Origin: Epithemia pelagica | Lineage: Eukaryota; Protista; Bacillariophyta | Length of the DNA: 64,000 nt | NCBI GenBank assembly: GCA_946965045.2 | Contig: OX337231.1 | Span: 3,286,001 to 3,350,000, forward strand | Direction of reading: 5' to 3' | Shown: positions 42,291 through 54,203 of the stretch, piece by piece | Numbering within the stretch: the stretch's first letter is position 1 | How the letters are laid out: each line of letters opens with the position of its first letter | Notes under the pieces: model-generated | The model's database searches: none | What the model was told of the DNA's origin: nothing | Seen by the model: only the letters and a program-made list of their open reading frames with translations | Program-made: the position numbers and the translations under genes

Positions 42291-45200
42291 CTATCGACTG
42301 TCGGTATCCACCGAAATGTTAGCCGCCATTGGAGCCCACCAGACTTCGTCGCCCTTGCCAAACTGAGAAAACCGTACACAGGCCGACAATGCATAACCAC
42401 CTCGCTGCAACAAGATAACCTTGGCCGCATGTGTTGCTTTCATGTCTTGGAGTTTGTACTTGCGTGTCACCATGCCACACCATGCGTGACTGTTGGGAGC
42501 TGGAGTGACGGTAGACTTCTCGAGCCACACGGTAAAGAGCTCTACGGTGAAATCACAATCCTCTCGCATTTCCGCCGGTATCCAAGGAGCAATCGATACA
42601 TTGACAACCATAGCAATGGGCTCTCCAATGCTGACAGAAGATGTATTTGTGTCCTTGGTCACTTGGGTACCTTGGACCTCCAGGCCAATGGTGCAAGGTG
42701 GCTCAAAAACAGAAGGAATGTAGGAAGGTCTTCCGGCAATGAGCTTTGAGATTTCATCACGATTCATGGATATACTTCCACAAGCAAAGACAGCTGGATC
42801 GGACGATGAACTTTTGTCCGTGTTCCACAGCAAGTCTGTAGCTTTGAAAATTTCATCCGCAAAATGACCCGAATCACCCGTATCCACACGAGGGAGTCGC
42901 TGGATGGACATGGGAATGCTTACTTCCACGCCTTTGGGAACCACAACCTCAGACAGTGCCGACGAAGCAAACGTACCCACAGGAGAACTATTGGATCGAG
43001 ATAACACAATGTCCTCGTGCGAGTCGTTTTGGATACTCGCAACTAGAAAAACACTTTGACTGCACAAATGTATGCTGTTGTCCAGACCAACCCTATTGGA
43101 CGGTGTGGTTTCATTGGACTCGTTTTCCGGATCGATAGTGTTTCGGTGCAATCGTGCTCTTGTTTCAAAGCTTTGAAGGAGTTCTGGACGGATCCCGTGT
43201 TCGGCTAGATCTGGCCGAAACGTCATGGCTGTCACACGGGGACCTGGAAAATGTGACAAGAGTACTGGCACGTCAAAGGTTCTCCAAATCTCTTTGGTTT
43301 TGGTCGACTTGCCGGCATAGCGGATCCGGAACAAGAGCTCGGTTTCGGCGGCATTCACCTTTTCACGGAATTGCTTGGAGATTGCAATTTGAAAGCCCAA
43401 TGTCCGGTCCTTGGTATTGTCCGTGGTGGGAGCATTGAGTGCCTCCAACTCCAAGGCTGTTTGTGGGAGGACCCGAACTTTGAGAAGCTGGGAACTTTCG
43501 AGGCTGGACAAAAATTCCCGTTCCAAGGGTTCGGTCTCCAGTTTGGTGGCTTGTTCGTTGGAATCATAAATAATCTTTTCACTCAAAATCCCATTGGCAC
43601 CACTGACGACAATTTGAATCCGTTGCAAGAGTCCATGCCCCTTGGCACCACTGTCGTTACTCAGGTGGAATTGGGGACTGGAAACCAATTCCCCTTCTGT
43701 CACGCCCAAAACCAATTTGCCATTGGGTTTGAGGACATTGTGTGTCGCCGCATGACAAAGATTGAGACGGGGTTGACAGGGAAGTGCCTCGAGCAATGGG
43801 ACAAACTGAATGGTCGCGTCGGGTTTGGTTTTGGATGCCTGTAAAAATGGATAGGATGCCGGTTGCGCCACATCTCCAACCATTTGGTTCCCCACTCTAG
43901 TCTCGGAGCTGCTGCTGCTGCGAATGGGAAGAGAAAATCGATGATTCAAGCACGAAAAGGAGAGTTCCTGGAGTTCAAATTCGATACTTTCCAAGGCATT
44001 ATCGGAACTGTCCTCGTTGCGAGAGAGCTGTTCGGGGGAAATAATGGTTAAAGGAAATTGCACGACAAAGTCCTGGGCCAAGGGGGCCAAGACAAAGGAG
44101 ACGGGCCCCGAGTTGATACGACCTTGAATGTTGCCGCCACCAAAACCCAATCGACATTCCTGTACCGCCAATGGCACAGTGAGAGAATTGCTCAAGGCCA
44201 AGGCCACGACCCGTTCCTCTTCGGCGGCGACCGAAAGAATGGCACGTTCCACTCCACTCTTTTCAAAGGGATTGTAAAAGGTGGCCATGACTCCTCCATC
44301 CTCCTTGTCGTCATTGGTTGGTGCGGTAATCTGGCGTTTGACGGTAGAGATATCATACTGGTCGTGTCCAAGCAAGGACCATTTGCTGGAAACGGAGAGA
44401 GGAATGGCTTGGTGGTCGTTGGTCACGGATGGATCATGTAACGACAAGGACGAAGATGTACTGAGTGCTTTGCGAAGCGTTTTGATACGATCCATACATT
44501 CTCGTTGGGCTTGGGAACATTCGTCAAATTCAATCGAGGACCAAACACTGGGCAAGGCCAGCAAATTCCTCGACAACTGTGTCGAGGAGGAGGACGACGA
44601 CAAGGGCACCAAGACGGCCGGTCGTGGATTGTCATTGGCCCATTTGGCTTGTTCGGCTAACAAGGACGATCCCCCTGCCGTCATTTGACTGTATCGATCC
44701 CGAATCATTTTGGTGACACTGGCAGTGTAGGTTTCGTCACTCGTTGGGTTCTCCGCACCACCCGCTGCTGCTGCAGAAGACACGGCGTCTTTGGCCGATT
44801 CCGAATCCATGGAGGGAGGATTGGTTCGTTTGACGGGAGTATCCGCATCGTTGGAGACTGGATTTGCCGTCGTACTGTTGTGGCTCGTGTTGGTACCATT
44901 GGTGGCCAAAAGCGGCGGCAAGGAGGGTCGAATGTGTTCCAACAAGGTCAAGAGTCGTTCCGAGGCTTGCAAGGATGTGGGACTGGTGCCTTCCATGGCC
45001 AAGGCATGGAGTGTGGAGGCCCGTAACGTGGCCCACGCATAACTTCCCAATTCCGGTGTGGCACCAAAAATGGCATTGGGTTTCCGGGCATACAATTCAC
45101 AGGCCAAGAGCCACAAATTTTCCAACACGAGATTGTTGTTGATACTACTACTCGAATGGCCCAAATGGGACATGGCCTCCGCGGCCACAACGGCAAAATA

Positions 45201-47399
45201 GGCCGCCTTGCGAGGCAGTTGAATCCGTTCGGTATTGGTTTTCTTCCACCGCGTTCCCTGTCCAAAACAACACACACACGCGAAACGAAGAAGTAACAAG
45301 CAAGGGTCAAAATTTGCGTTCTGTTTTTGGTTTTGTTTCTCCCGGGAGCCCATCCAACTCCAACCACGTACCGGTATTCCTTCAATGCAAAGTCGTGCCG
45401 ATTGGGTCGCGATGTCCAATCGGGTGGCCGGATCCAAATCGGGGACGGAAACGGCATGTTGCAACAATTCACAAATACTCTTGGTTCGATTCATGATATT
45501 GATATCAATCATGTCTCGACCATCCTTGGTTTTTAATTGGGATACCTTGACGGTAATGGCATTTTCCCAGCGAAAGGGTGGCGATTCTCCTCCGGCAAAA
45601 CTGGCGGGACCTTCGCCCCAGCGACACCGCAAATGACTTTCGGCCGATTCGGCCGTATACAAGGCCAATTGAAACAACAATCCGGCATAAAAGCAGGCCA
45701 AGGAGGCGTGTCGATTCAAAATGGCCAAGGCTTCTTCGCACAGGGCAAAGACGACTTCGGGAAAGGTTTGTTTGGCAGCCGACGCGGCGACATCCAAGCC
45801 GGCCACGGCCAAAATGTCATCGGGGAGAGAAAAGTTATTTTCCAAGTATTCATCGACATTGTATCCTCCCGCTTCGGCCATGGCAATGTGGGCCGTGGCA
45901 CAGCCCACGAGGGACATGGCATACCAGAGCGGATCGGGATTGGCCCGGGACAAGTGAGCCGCCTTGAGATAGCGTTCATAGGCATCGAGGGGCGACCCGG
46001 CCAACAAACTCAGGTCGGCGGCCAATTTTTCGCGACGGGCCATGTCCCGACGTTTCAAGGCATCCATATCTTTGGCCGTCAAGGTGGGGGTATTCCATTC
46101 GTAATAGGCATCCAGCGGTGTCAACAATTGCGGGGGTGTCGTTTGATTGCTATTCAAACGACGAATATTGGCCGCCGTCGAGGGTTTGGGATGGGCCAAC
46201 AAATCGGCGGCTTGTCCGTGCGCGGACGAGGAACCACTGGCTTCGGCGGCGGCGCCACCATTGGCCGCATCTTGGGCCAACATGTTTTCGGGACTCACGA
46301 GACCGACGACATTTTGGAGACTGAGATTGGGAGCCGACGGTTCTTCGGCCGCGTTGCGATCGTCCGTTTCCTTGTGCAATTCGCCCGACGATGTCCCCGA
46401 GGACGACGACATGTAACGAGAAATGGCCCGTCGTGCCGGTCCACCCTGCAGTGCCGGATTGTTGTTGCCACTACTGTTATTGGGCGACGCCAAAATGACA
46501 TCGGCCTTGGCCAAATCATCCGAGTGTCGAATCCGAGCTTCCAAGGTTCGAAAAATAGCCACGGCCAAATCATTAATGACCACATTTAAATGCAAATCCA
46601 TCATTTGCAAATGCGCTTCATCGGAGGGTGGAAAGGCCAAAATGGACGAGGAGGAGGCCGCCTTGGACAAGTCGATATGTTGGCATTCTTCATCAAAGGA
46701 ATCAAAGACATAGAGTCGTTCGACGGGTTGATCTCGCTCAATGCCCAATTGGCCATGCGCCGTGACTTGATAGGGTGGTGTCGCATAGCGCTGGGTGGCC
46801 CACTGATGCAATTCTTCTTGGGCTCGGACCAAATCCTCCTGGGATTGACAATCGTGAATGTTGAGAATGCCAATGACAGCCGCCGTTCGTCGCGAGGGAC
46901 ACAAGTCAATCCAATCGCGGGTCAAGTGCGGATTCAACAATCGATCGTGCGCCATGCGACACGCATCCGTCGGTCGACCCGGAAACAAATTCAAGCGTTG
47001 ACAGCCATACTGCCAATGAAAGGCCTTGAGAGGCGTTTCCTGATACCGCCAATCGCCCGGACGGGTCAAACTACTATTGGCCACCACCAACAAGAGGGAT
47101 TCTTCCGGATCATTGGTTTTGGAAATGGCTTCCGACAAGGGAGCGCACGTCGGATGACGACTCAGGGCATTCCATAACGTGCGAAACGATTTTTCCGAAT
47201 GCGTCTCCTGCAAGGGAGATGCCGAGGATTCGGCTGGGCTGCTGGCCGTCTTGTGGTTGTTGTGGTTCGACGACGACGACGATGACGATAAGAGAGGAAT
47301 GACGGCGACCGCATTCAAGGCATAACTGCGAAAGGAAGGATTTCCGGGAATTTGAGAGAATCCAAACGGATGATGAGGAGTCGACGACGAGGCCGTCAT
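42291..47399 (-). CDS. TRAPPC9: TRAPP II subunit TRAPPC9/Trs120; in-frame 114-nt intron 45371-45258
   Basis: 'RRTAAVIGIL', 'RREKLAADLSLLAGSPLDAYERY', 'DPLWYAMSL', 'RKAAYF', 'TFYNPF' and 'LSNSL'. The intron has a canonical GTACGT...CAG. Confidence 0.85.
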   Translation of the reverse strand: MTASSSTPHHPFGFSQIPGNPSFRSYALNAVAVIPLLSSSSSSSNHNNHKTASSPAESSASPLQETHSEKSFRTLWNALSRHPTCAPLSEAISKTNDPEESLLLVVANSSLTRPGDWRYQETPLKAFHWQYGCQRLNLFPGRPTDACRMAHDRLLNPHLTRDWIDLCPSRRTAAVIGILNIHDCQSQEDLVRAQEELHQWATQRYATPPYQVTAHGQLGIERDQPVERLYVFDSFDEECQHIDLSKAASSSSILAFPPSDEAHLQMMDLHLNVVINDLAVAIFRTLEARIRHSDDLAKADVILASPNNSSGNNNPALQGGPARRAISRYMSSSSGTSSGELHKETDDRNAAEEPSAPNLSLQNVVGLVSPENMLAQDAANGGAAAEASGSSSAHGQAADLLAHPKPSTAANIRRLNSNQTTPPQLLTPLDAYYEWNTPTLTAKDMDALKRRDMARREKLAADLSLLAGSPLDAYERYLKAAHLSRANPDPLWYAMSLVGCATAHIAMAEAGGYNVDEYLENNFSLPDDILAVAGLDVAASAAKQTFPEVVFALCEEALAILNRHASLACFYAGLLFQLALYTAESAESHLRCRWGEGPASFAGGESPPFRWENAITVKVSQLKTKDGRDMIDINIMNRTKSICELLQHAVSVPDLDPATRLDIATQSARLCIEGIPVRGWSWMGSREKQNQKQNANFDPCLLLLRFACVCCFGQGTRWKKTNTERIQLPRKAAYFAVVAAEAMSHLGHSSSSINNNLVLENLWLLACELYARKPNAIFGATPELGSYAWATLRASTLHALAMEGTSPTSLQASERLLTLLEHIRPSLPPLLATNGTNTSHNSTTANPVSNDADTPVKRTNPPSMDSESAKDAVSSAAAAGGAENPTSDETYTASVTKMIRDRYSQMTAGGSSLLAEQAKWANDNPRPAVLVPLSSSSSSTQLSRNLLALPSVWSSIEFDECSQAQRECMDRIKTLRKALSTSSSLSLHDPSVTNDHQAIPLSVSSKWSLLGHDQYDISTVKRQITAPTNDDKEDGGVMATFYNPFEKSGVERAILSVAAEEERVVALALSNSLTVPLAVQECRLGFGGGNIQGRINSGPVSFVLAPLAQDFVVQFPLTIISPEQLSRNEDSSDNALESIEFELQELSFSCLNHRFSLPIRSSSSSETRVGNQMVGDVAQPASYPFLQASKTKPDATIQFVPLLEALPCQPRLNLCHAATHNVLKPNGKLVLGVTEGELVSSPQFHLSNDSGAKGHGLLQRIQIVVSGANGILSEKIIYDSNEQATKLETEPLEREFLSSLESSQLLKVRVLPQTALELEALNAPTTDNTKDRTLGFQIAISKQFREKVNAAETELLFRIRYAGKSTKTKEIWRTFDVPVLLSHFPGPRVTAMTFRPDLAEHGIRPELLQSFETRARLHRNTIDPENESNETTPSNRVGLDNSIHLCSQSVFLVASIQNDSHEDIVLSRSNSSPVGTFASSALSEVVVPKGVEVSIPMSIQRLPRVDTGDSGHFADEIFKATDLLWNTDKSSSSDPAVFACGSISMNRDEISKLIAGRPSYIPSVFEPPCTIGLEVQGTQVTKDTNTSSVSIGEPIAMVVNVSIAPWIPAEMREDCDFTVELFTVWLEKSTVTPAPNSHAWCGMVTRKYKLQDMKATHAAKVILLQRGGYALSACVRFSQFGKGDEVWWAPMAANISVDTDSR

Positions 47400-49275
47400 G
47401 GTTGGTTGTTTGTCCTTGTCAAGGGTGGGGAGCAACCTCTCGTCTCTCGTCCCTCTTCTTCTTGTGCAACAAGATCTCTCGTTGCACAATCTGTTGCACC
47501 GAAGAAGGCAAACGGCAAAAGATATTGCCGACACGGATTGAGATCGACTACGAGTCCCTTTTATGACGTCATCCTGAGATCTACCCTTGCTACTCGATCC
47601 GTGGAGCCATGATGATGCCCCCACTCTAGCTCTAGAGCTACTCCTCTAGAGAAGAGTAGCTCCTACCTCTCTAGGTAGTCCTACCTAGTCCACTTCTCTG
47701 GACAAGAGTCCCTTCTTGGTATGGAGACGCCATCATGGGATGACCTACCTATCGAAATGGAGGGAAATACAGTGGAGAAAGCGATGGGAGGAGCAAGCTG
47801 CATCTTGTTCTTGTTGTTGTTGGTGTGCATAAGATAGGCAGAATTTTGGGTGGTACCAGTCGTCATGGATCGATCCGTGGAGCGTCGGACCAGGCATTTC
47901 TACAAGCAACTATTACTAGTAGAATGAGGATTCTTGCAGGATGTAATCCTCCGTGATAACTCATCGAGGACCTTGAGAGAGTCCTGGAACGAAAACCATG
48001 ATCGCTAGAGAAGGAGAGGATCGACCTAAACGTCGTTTCCTTCTTACTGGTCTTGTTGGTCCTGTCGTCTCGATTGTTTTGTTTCTAGAGTAGAGTCGTG
48101 AACTTGCTACAAGATTGAGAACACCATCTTTCGGCGACGTTCCAGTACTTTTATTGGTAGTGTCGTGTGAACTTTTGGCTCAATCCATGCTGCAACTCTC
48201 CGAGAAAAAAGTGAAGGGAACCCACCTAGAGATAGACCACCATTGGTTGGTAACCTTCCCCTTTGTTACTCTACTCCTCTAGGAGTAATTGGTAAAGGGT
48301 GTAAGGATTGTCATGGACTGAAATGTTAACTTTTTGTCCTACCCCATGTACCCAACTCGAACTCTCCGAAAAAATGAGCAGCATAGGTAGCCCATGGTAG
48401 CGTACATCTATGTGCTCTATGTGGAAAGTGGAGAGAAGTGACGGAAGTTATGTCGATAGTGTCGACGATCATGAACAGCGATCCGAATCGCTCAACGATA
48501 CATATAATATGTGCCGCGAATCCCACAGAGATGACGCAACATTACACACTCCGAACGGCGCATAGTCGAGTCCCAATTGTTTCGGGATCGCCCTGCTGGG
48601 ACCCTAACGATTGTTGTTTCGGAGGGCGCGTTCGATCGTTTCCATAATAACATCGAAGTGCGTCAGAAGAATTCCAATCCCACCCGTGAACTTCGCTTCA
48701 CCTTTCTGGAATTGTATCAAAAACTATATGATACAGCAGAGTTCGCGTTTCATGAGCCAGAAATCTACAATACAATAATAAGTAGAATCGTGGTTTTCAG
48801 TACGATAGAAAGTAGTCTGAGCACTTTTGGGAGTCCTCATTTTCTCGCTATAACATCTATCACGGGACTCATAAATGTCTCATGAGATGTCTTGATTCTG
48901 AGCTGATTCCCCCGAATTCGGTTATTACTTCCGTCAGTTCCAGTGTTGTGGTTTCGGGCATTCCGGTTTGATTGGTTGATGTGGTTGATGGCATTCCCCC
49001 TACAGCCGGCTCTCCGACACAGACACACCACGGCGATCCATGTTTGTGGTGCCGGCATCAATCAACACCATAAAACAAACAAACAAACAACGAATAATAC
49101 TAAAACAAGAAGGGACACAAAAGGAGCAGTATTCGTATTTGTCTTCTTGAAAAGGTCTATTGAAATAAGAAGGTGTGATCGATTCAATTCTTTAGTAGCG
49201 GCCTCTCGAGGCAGAAGAGGAGTTTCCTCTTTCGTTTTGGTTTGGGGATAATTACGATTGGATTGGCGTTTGGCC

Positions 49276-51370
49276 ATGAGTGCGCTCATGACACATTCGG
49301 GTCCTTCTCATGTAGGAGTACTGGTTCGGCCACGACCGCAACGGATTCTCCCCTCAAACTATGGAGGAAACCGCAACAACAATGGTGAGGATCATGAGGT
49401 AAAGGACAAGCCTGATATGATGATGAGTCCCTGGCCACCATCTCAGGAACTACCAGTGCAATCGAGCCTACCACTCCAGTCCCCAGTGCCTGTCAAACCA
49501 GTGCTGGTAGAACCGGATCCGGAGGAAACCATAGTTCCGTTGAATCCACGTCCACAACAGCAAGTCACGACACAATTGGTCCGTCCCATTGCCCTCAAAG
49601 TGGCTCGGCCCATTCCGAAATCGGCCGTTGAGCAATTTTACGAGGAATCGTATCGCCAGGGACTTCAAGCCGAGCATGTCCACGAGGCAACCGTGCTGGC
49701 TCATGAATGGCATCGAAAATGGACGCAGCAAGATGAAGAGGGCCATACCATGCCCGAACCGGAGGCTGATCAGGGCCCCCTCTCTCATCCAGCACCCGAA
49801 CGAGTACCCGCACCGTACGATCCGTTTGAGCGATACTCGGGAGCCAAGAATCCATCTCCAGAAGAATCACGAGAGGACCCCTACAGTGAACGGAAACGAC
49901 TAAGAATTACAGCGTCTGGGTCGATATCTTCGCTCTCTCCAGATTCTGGAGAAGGAGCACACAATAGGGAACAATCTTCCTTGACTGAGATTCGGACTGG
50001 CTATGAACCTCCCGTTTCCAGACGGCGAATGATTGGACTGAATGGCCCTGCTGCTCTTGTACGAGAGGATTCCAATGATCCATCGCAAACGTCTCCCATT
50101 CCCAATTTTGGTATGATCAAACCAGTGGCCTTGAGAGTGCATCGACCCGAGGCTGTGGACATTACCACCGCATTGGATATCCTGGCACAAACTCAGAACT
50201 ATATTCAAGATCTGGTCCCTTCTGATATCAAGGATTTCCGAAGCCAACACAGTGCTCTTTCTCCGCTTACGCTACCGTCTGTAAGCAGTAGCTATATGAA
50301 GGCAAGACCAGCCATCATTGAAGGAGATGAAGATTCGTCCCATGCGAAATGTATCCCAAGTGAAATATCTCATGTATCAAAAAGAAGAAGAGCCCGCACC
50401 CGGTCACCTCAAGTTGTAGCAGCACGAAGTGGAGTCTTGCACAGACTCGCTGTAACAGGTGGGGATGTGGTGGATGATGCCGAATTTCTAGAACATTTGG
50501 AGATTCTCACCCATTATTTCGAAAGCACGGGGGTGGATACGCGATACGAAACCGACAACCAGACCACAGTAGAAGGCAAGTGGCTCACGCTAACCAAGCC
50601 AACCTATTTTGGAAATCTTGGAAACAACGATGACGGTGATCCAATGTATACGTTGGGTCGAATGTCCTTTGATATGTTTTCCCCGACGAGACTAGTTTGC
50701 AGTCTTCAAGGCAATTTCAATTGCATTGAGAGCGTGTCCGATGATCGTCGTGAAGGAATGCTGAATGCAGTCCCAAAAGCACTCCAGGAAGAAGTGCAAT
50801 CAGGCGAAGTCTCCCTTCGAACGTATGAGTAAGTTCATGAATGAGATAGTTTCCTTGGAATTGTCTCGAACCTTGTTCTCATGTGTTTTGTTCTTTCGCA
50901 GCATCGTGACAGCTCTCACGATCGAGCCGCACTTGGCGGCCTGGCCCAACGCCCCAAACAAGGATGTCCGGCGCCCGATTAAAGGCATTATGACTACCGC
51001 AGGCTACATTCTTCCGGACCCAGAAAACCCGAACAGAAACTCTGTCTGGATCACTGGTGGCCGTATTGAACCAAACGACGATCCCATTGATCAACAGGAA
51101 TGGAAACGTCAATTCGGCAAGAATCCTCCGAAACATGGATTTGGTGAACATGCCAAACTGTTGGCAGTGAAACTGTTGATGGGGGCGACCATACCAGACC
51201 ATATGGCTGCGGATGGGACAATGGAATATACGTTCCAAAGACCATTTGGTGGTCATGGTTTAGCTTACATTGACACTTTGTATGTTGACGAAAGTCTTCG
51301 TATCGTCAAGGGTCACCGCGGCACCATATTTGTGTTTTTCAAACCAGAGGGCAACCACAAGACCCAGTGA
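49276..51370 (+). CDS. Unknown protein: long disordered Pro/Glu/Ser N-terminus plus a folded C-terminal beta domain (PAP-fibrillin/lipocalin-like ending); exons 49276-50828, 50902-51370
   Basis: A GT-AG intron joins RTY-D|IVTAL. Domain 'VEGKWLTLTKP...YTLGRMSFDMF'. The C-terminus 'YIDTLYVDESLRIVKGHRGTIFVF' resembles the fibrillin terminal strands. Confidence 0.7.
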
Positions 51371-52548
51371 ATTAGACGGACGGAGAATCCATGATCCGCT
51401 GTCTTTTGTACATAAATGCACATGAAGCGTCCACTTTTCAGAGAGTGGATTCGCAATGAATATATCAACCATATACCAGAGCACCCTCATGAATGACTTT
51501 ATTGTCATTTTCTCATCCCTGTAAATGTTTTGTACATTCTGTGCCACATGACGAGAACAACAACCGTATCGACAACAACAACAACAACAACAAGACAGCG
51601 TGGAAATACTCTCTTTCCCCTTAGACTTTACCAAATTGCTACTTGAACGGAATCATCGGATGAATTGTTACTCTTATAATAACGCACCTTTTATATAAGA
51701 CTGTTCGGTTCAAATGAAAGGATTTTCCAAAAATCCCTCTCTCGAGATATCGCGCTCCAAAGTTTTTGGGTTGCGCGCGGCTCGTACCCCTAAGGTCATT
51801 CACGCGCGCGACTCACGTAGTCTTCCTACACCTGTGCCACACAAACCCCATTAGGGTTTTCAATACTAGAATTTCGTTGGGCAAACTTTAACCAAATATT
51901 TAGAAATGAATATCTTTATTTCAGAAGACATACAGGGGCTTATCTGAAAGAGCATCAAAAGACGATTCGATCTATGTGCTTATCTCCGATCCGACCCTTA
52001 CATTTTAATCCTTCCATTTGAGCCGAACAGTCTTATATGATGTACAAGACGAGTTTATGGCATTTAGGGCTTGCAATAATGAATCCTTAGAGGAATGGGA
52101 GTACAACTGGAGGAAGAATAGACCTAGCTAATGCTTGGGCCACTTGATACTAGGTAGCCTTGTCATGGCGCGCTGGAAATTTGAACTGCTCGCAGAATTT
52201 CTAGCGCTCTGGACAATAATTACATAACGATGGCATAACAAGATAACGATACCGATCCGTACAGGGAGTCGAGAAGAGCCGTTAGCAACAGCTATCGCAA
52301 GTTCCAATCTTTGGCCAAGCCGGACGGACATGTTGTTTGCGCCCTTTCTCGCCCACATTCTCTCGAGACAAATTTGCGCCAACACACCACACCGCAACAA
52401 TATACCGAGGACGACAAGGGACGCTTTCGGTTGCGTCGCTGTTTCTGTTTCGGTGCTTGGTTGCTTCCAGTAGGAACCAAAGATCCACTTCTCTCCGCCG
52501 CAATAGAAAAGCATAGATCGGGAGGATCAATTGTTGACATTGGTTATT

Positions 52549-53910
52549 ATGTCTTCTCAGAGAGGTCCCAGCGGCCGAAGTGATAGTTTCGCGGATGACA
52601 AACAAGATGTTGGGAGGAACCGGCTGTTTGAAATCAATATCCCCGTAAGGAAGCAAGGCGACGTATCGTTCGATGCGGAAGATCAACAGCGACAGAAAAT
52701 GGTAGCCTTGCATGGAAATCTGAACCCAGAGGGAAACGACGAAACCGATCAAGTAATGGAAGTCTACTACAACGACGGTGCGACGGAACTGTTCTTGGCA
52801 CTCGAAGACACGGACTGGCGCAAAGCCCTGAACATTATTCATCAGAAACCGCAGCAAGCAAAAGTGTGGGTGATTTCCACAGGGACTGTTGAAACAACAT
52901 TTGGCTGGTCCCTGTGGCGACGTTTACCATTGCATGAGGCATGCAGACGACAGGGTCCAGCATGGTTGATTTCGGCTCTTCTTTCCGTCTACCCTCTTGC
53001 GGCCGAACAAACGACGCAGTTTGGAGAACTCCCCTTGCATTTGGCGGTGGAATGTGGCGCACCGCCCGAAGTGGTCAATCTACTCGTTGTGACCCATTGG
53101 CATGGCATTATGGCGACGGACCAATCGGGACGAACACCGCTCGAAATTCTTCAAGATAGTGAAATGTTAGCCATGGAGGATCATCAAGTTGTCTTTGAGT
53201 CTTTGACGCGTTCTCAAGAAACATACCAAACCATTTCGGAGGAACATCAAGAAGAGGTCAAAGGTATCAAGGTTCGACATGCAGCCGGTTTGGTTGCAAT
53301 TCGCCAACAACACGATGAAGATCTTCAACAGGAACAGGATCAGCAGGAGAAACTCTTGGCAGAGGTCGAACGCTTGAAATCATTGGTCGATGACGCCAAA
53401 CTTTCCAACAAAAAAGACATGGACCACATTCAACAACTCTCGCAAGCCGTATCGAATGGAAAGAACAATATGTCGCACCTCCATGAAAGACTCAATTCCG
53501 AAATTGCTTCCGGAGCACAAAAGGCGGCCCGTATCACCAGTCTGGAACAGGAACTTGCCGGTAAGAATCAAGACATTGTATCCCTGAAATCTCAAATTCA
53601 TGAACTGCAAGGAGACTTGCAACGAATTGCTGGCTGGCAACAAGATGTTCTCGCCCGGCAGATCAATAGTACCGAAGAATCGATGCAAACCATGGTGGAA
53701 CAATTTGTGGGACTCGTTGATTTGCTGTCAGGTCAGTCGCAGCGAATGTCGTCGGTACTCAAATCGCGCAACATTGCCATGCCGCCTCCCAAGCCGAAAC
53801 AACCTCGTTCCAAGAAAGAGGAAAAGAAGGAAGATGCACCAGTCGAAACACTTGATGAAGACACCCTCAACAATATTGCCGCTGTCGCTTCCTCTGCCCT
53901 ACAATCCTGA
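52549..53910 (+). CDS. Ankyrin-like repeat protein with C-terminal coiled coil
   Basis: 'RLPLHEAC' and 'ELPLHLAVECGAPPEVVNLL', 'GRTPLE', followed by a long heptad region. Confidence 0.85.
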   Translation: MSSQRGPSGRSDSFADDKQDVGRNRLFEINIPVRKQGDVSFDAEDQQRQKMVALHGNLNPEGNDETDQVMEVYYNDGATELFLALEDTDWRKALNIIHQKPQQAKVWVISTGTVETTFGWSLWRRLPLHEACRRQGPAWLISALLSVYPLAAEQTTQFGELPLHLAVECGAPPEVVNLLVVTHWHGIMATDQSGRTPLEILQDSEMLAMEDHQVVFESLTRSQETYQTISEEHQEEVKGIKVRHAAGLVAIRQQHDEDLQQEQDQQEKLLAEVERLKSLVDDAKLSNKKDMDHIQQLSQAVSNGKNNMSHLHERLNSEIASGAQKAARITSLEQELAGKNQDIVSLKSQIHELQGDLQRIAGWQQDVLARQINSTEESMQTMVEQFVGLVDLLSGQSQRMSSVLKSRNIAMPPPKPKQPRSKKEEKKEDAPVETLDEDTLNNIAAVASSALQS

Positions 53911-54203
53911 TAACTCCTCGTCAGTCGGGATGATGCATCGACAGTGCATCCATAAACACCACCATACACATAAAATAGTGTTCCTTATTCCTATTAGTAG
54001 AACGACCCAATCGTTTGTCAATTTTGTTTCTGTTGGGATAGTAACTCAATACTATCGTTTGGGAGGAAGAGTCAGATGAATAGGCGACAAGCTGGTTATG
54101 CAATGATATAATATTTATAAATTTATCCCATCCTACACTCGTCAACAGCGAATACACAATAAAGATGCCGGTTTCTCGCCTGAAATCAAGCGCGGGTGAT
54201 TTC

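Noticed and set aside
47640-49250. CTAG/TAG-rich 1.6-kb intergenic region with several short ORFs
   Set aside because: No TIR, TSD, RNA-gene fold or protein motif was found by eye. It is consistent with a long divergent promoter/UTR.
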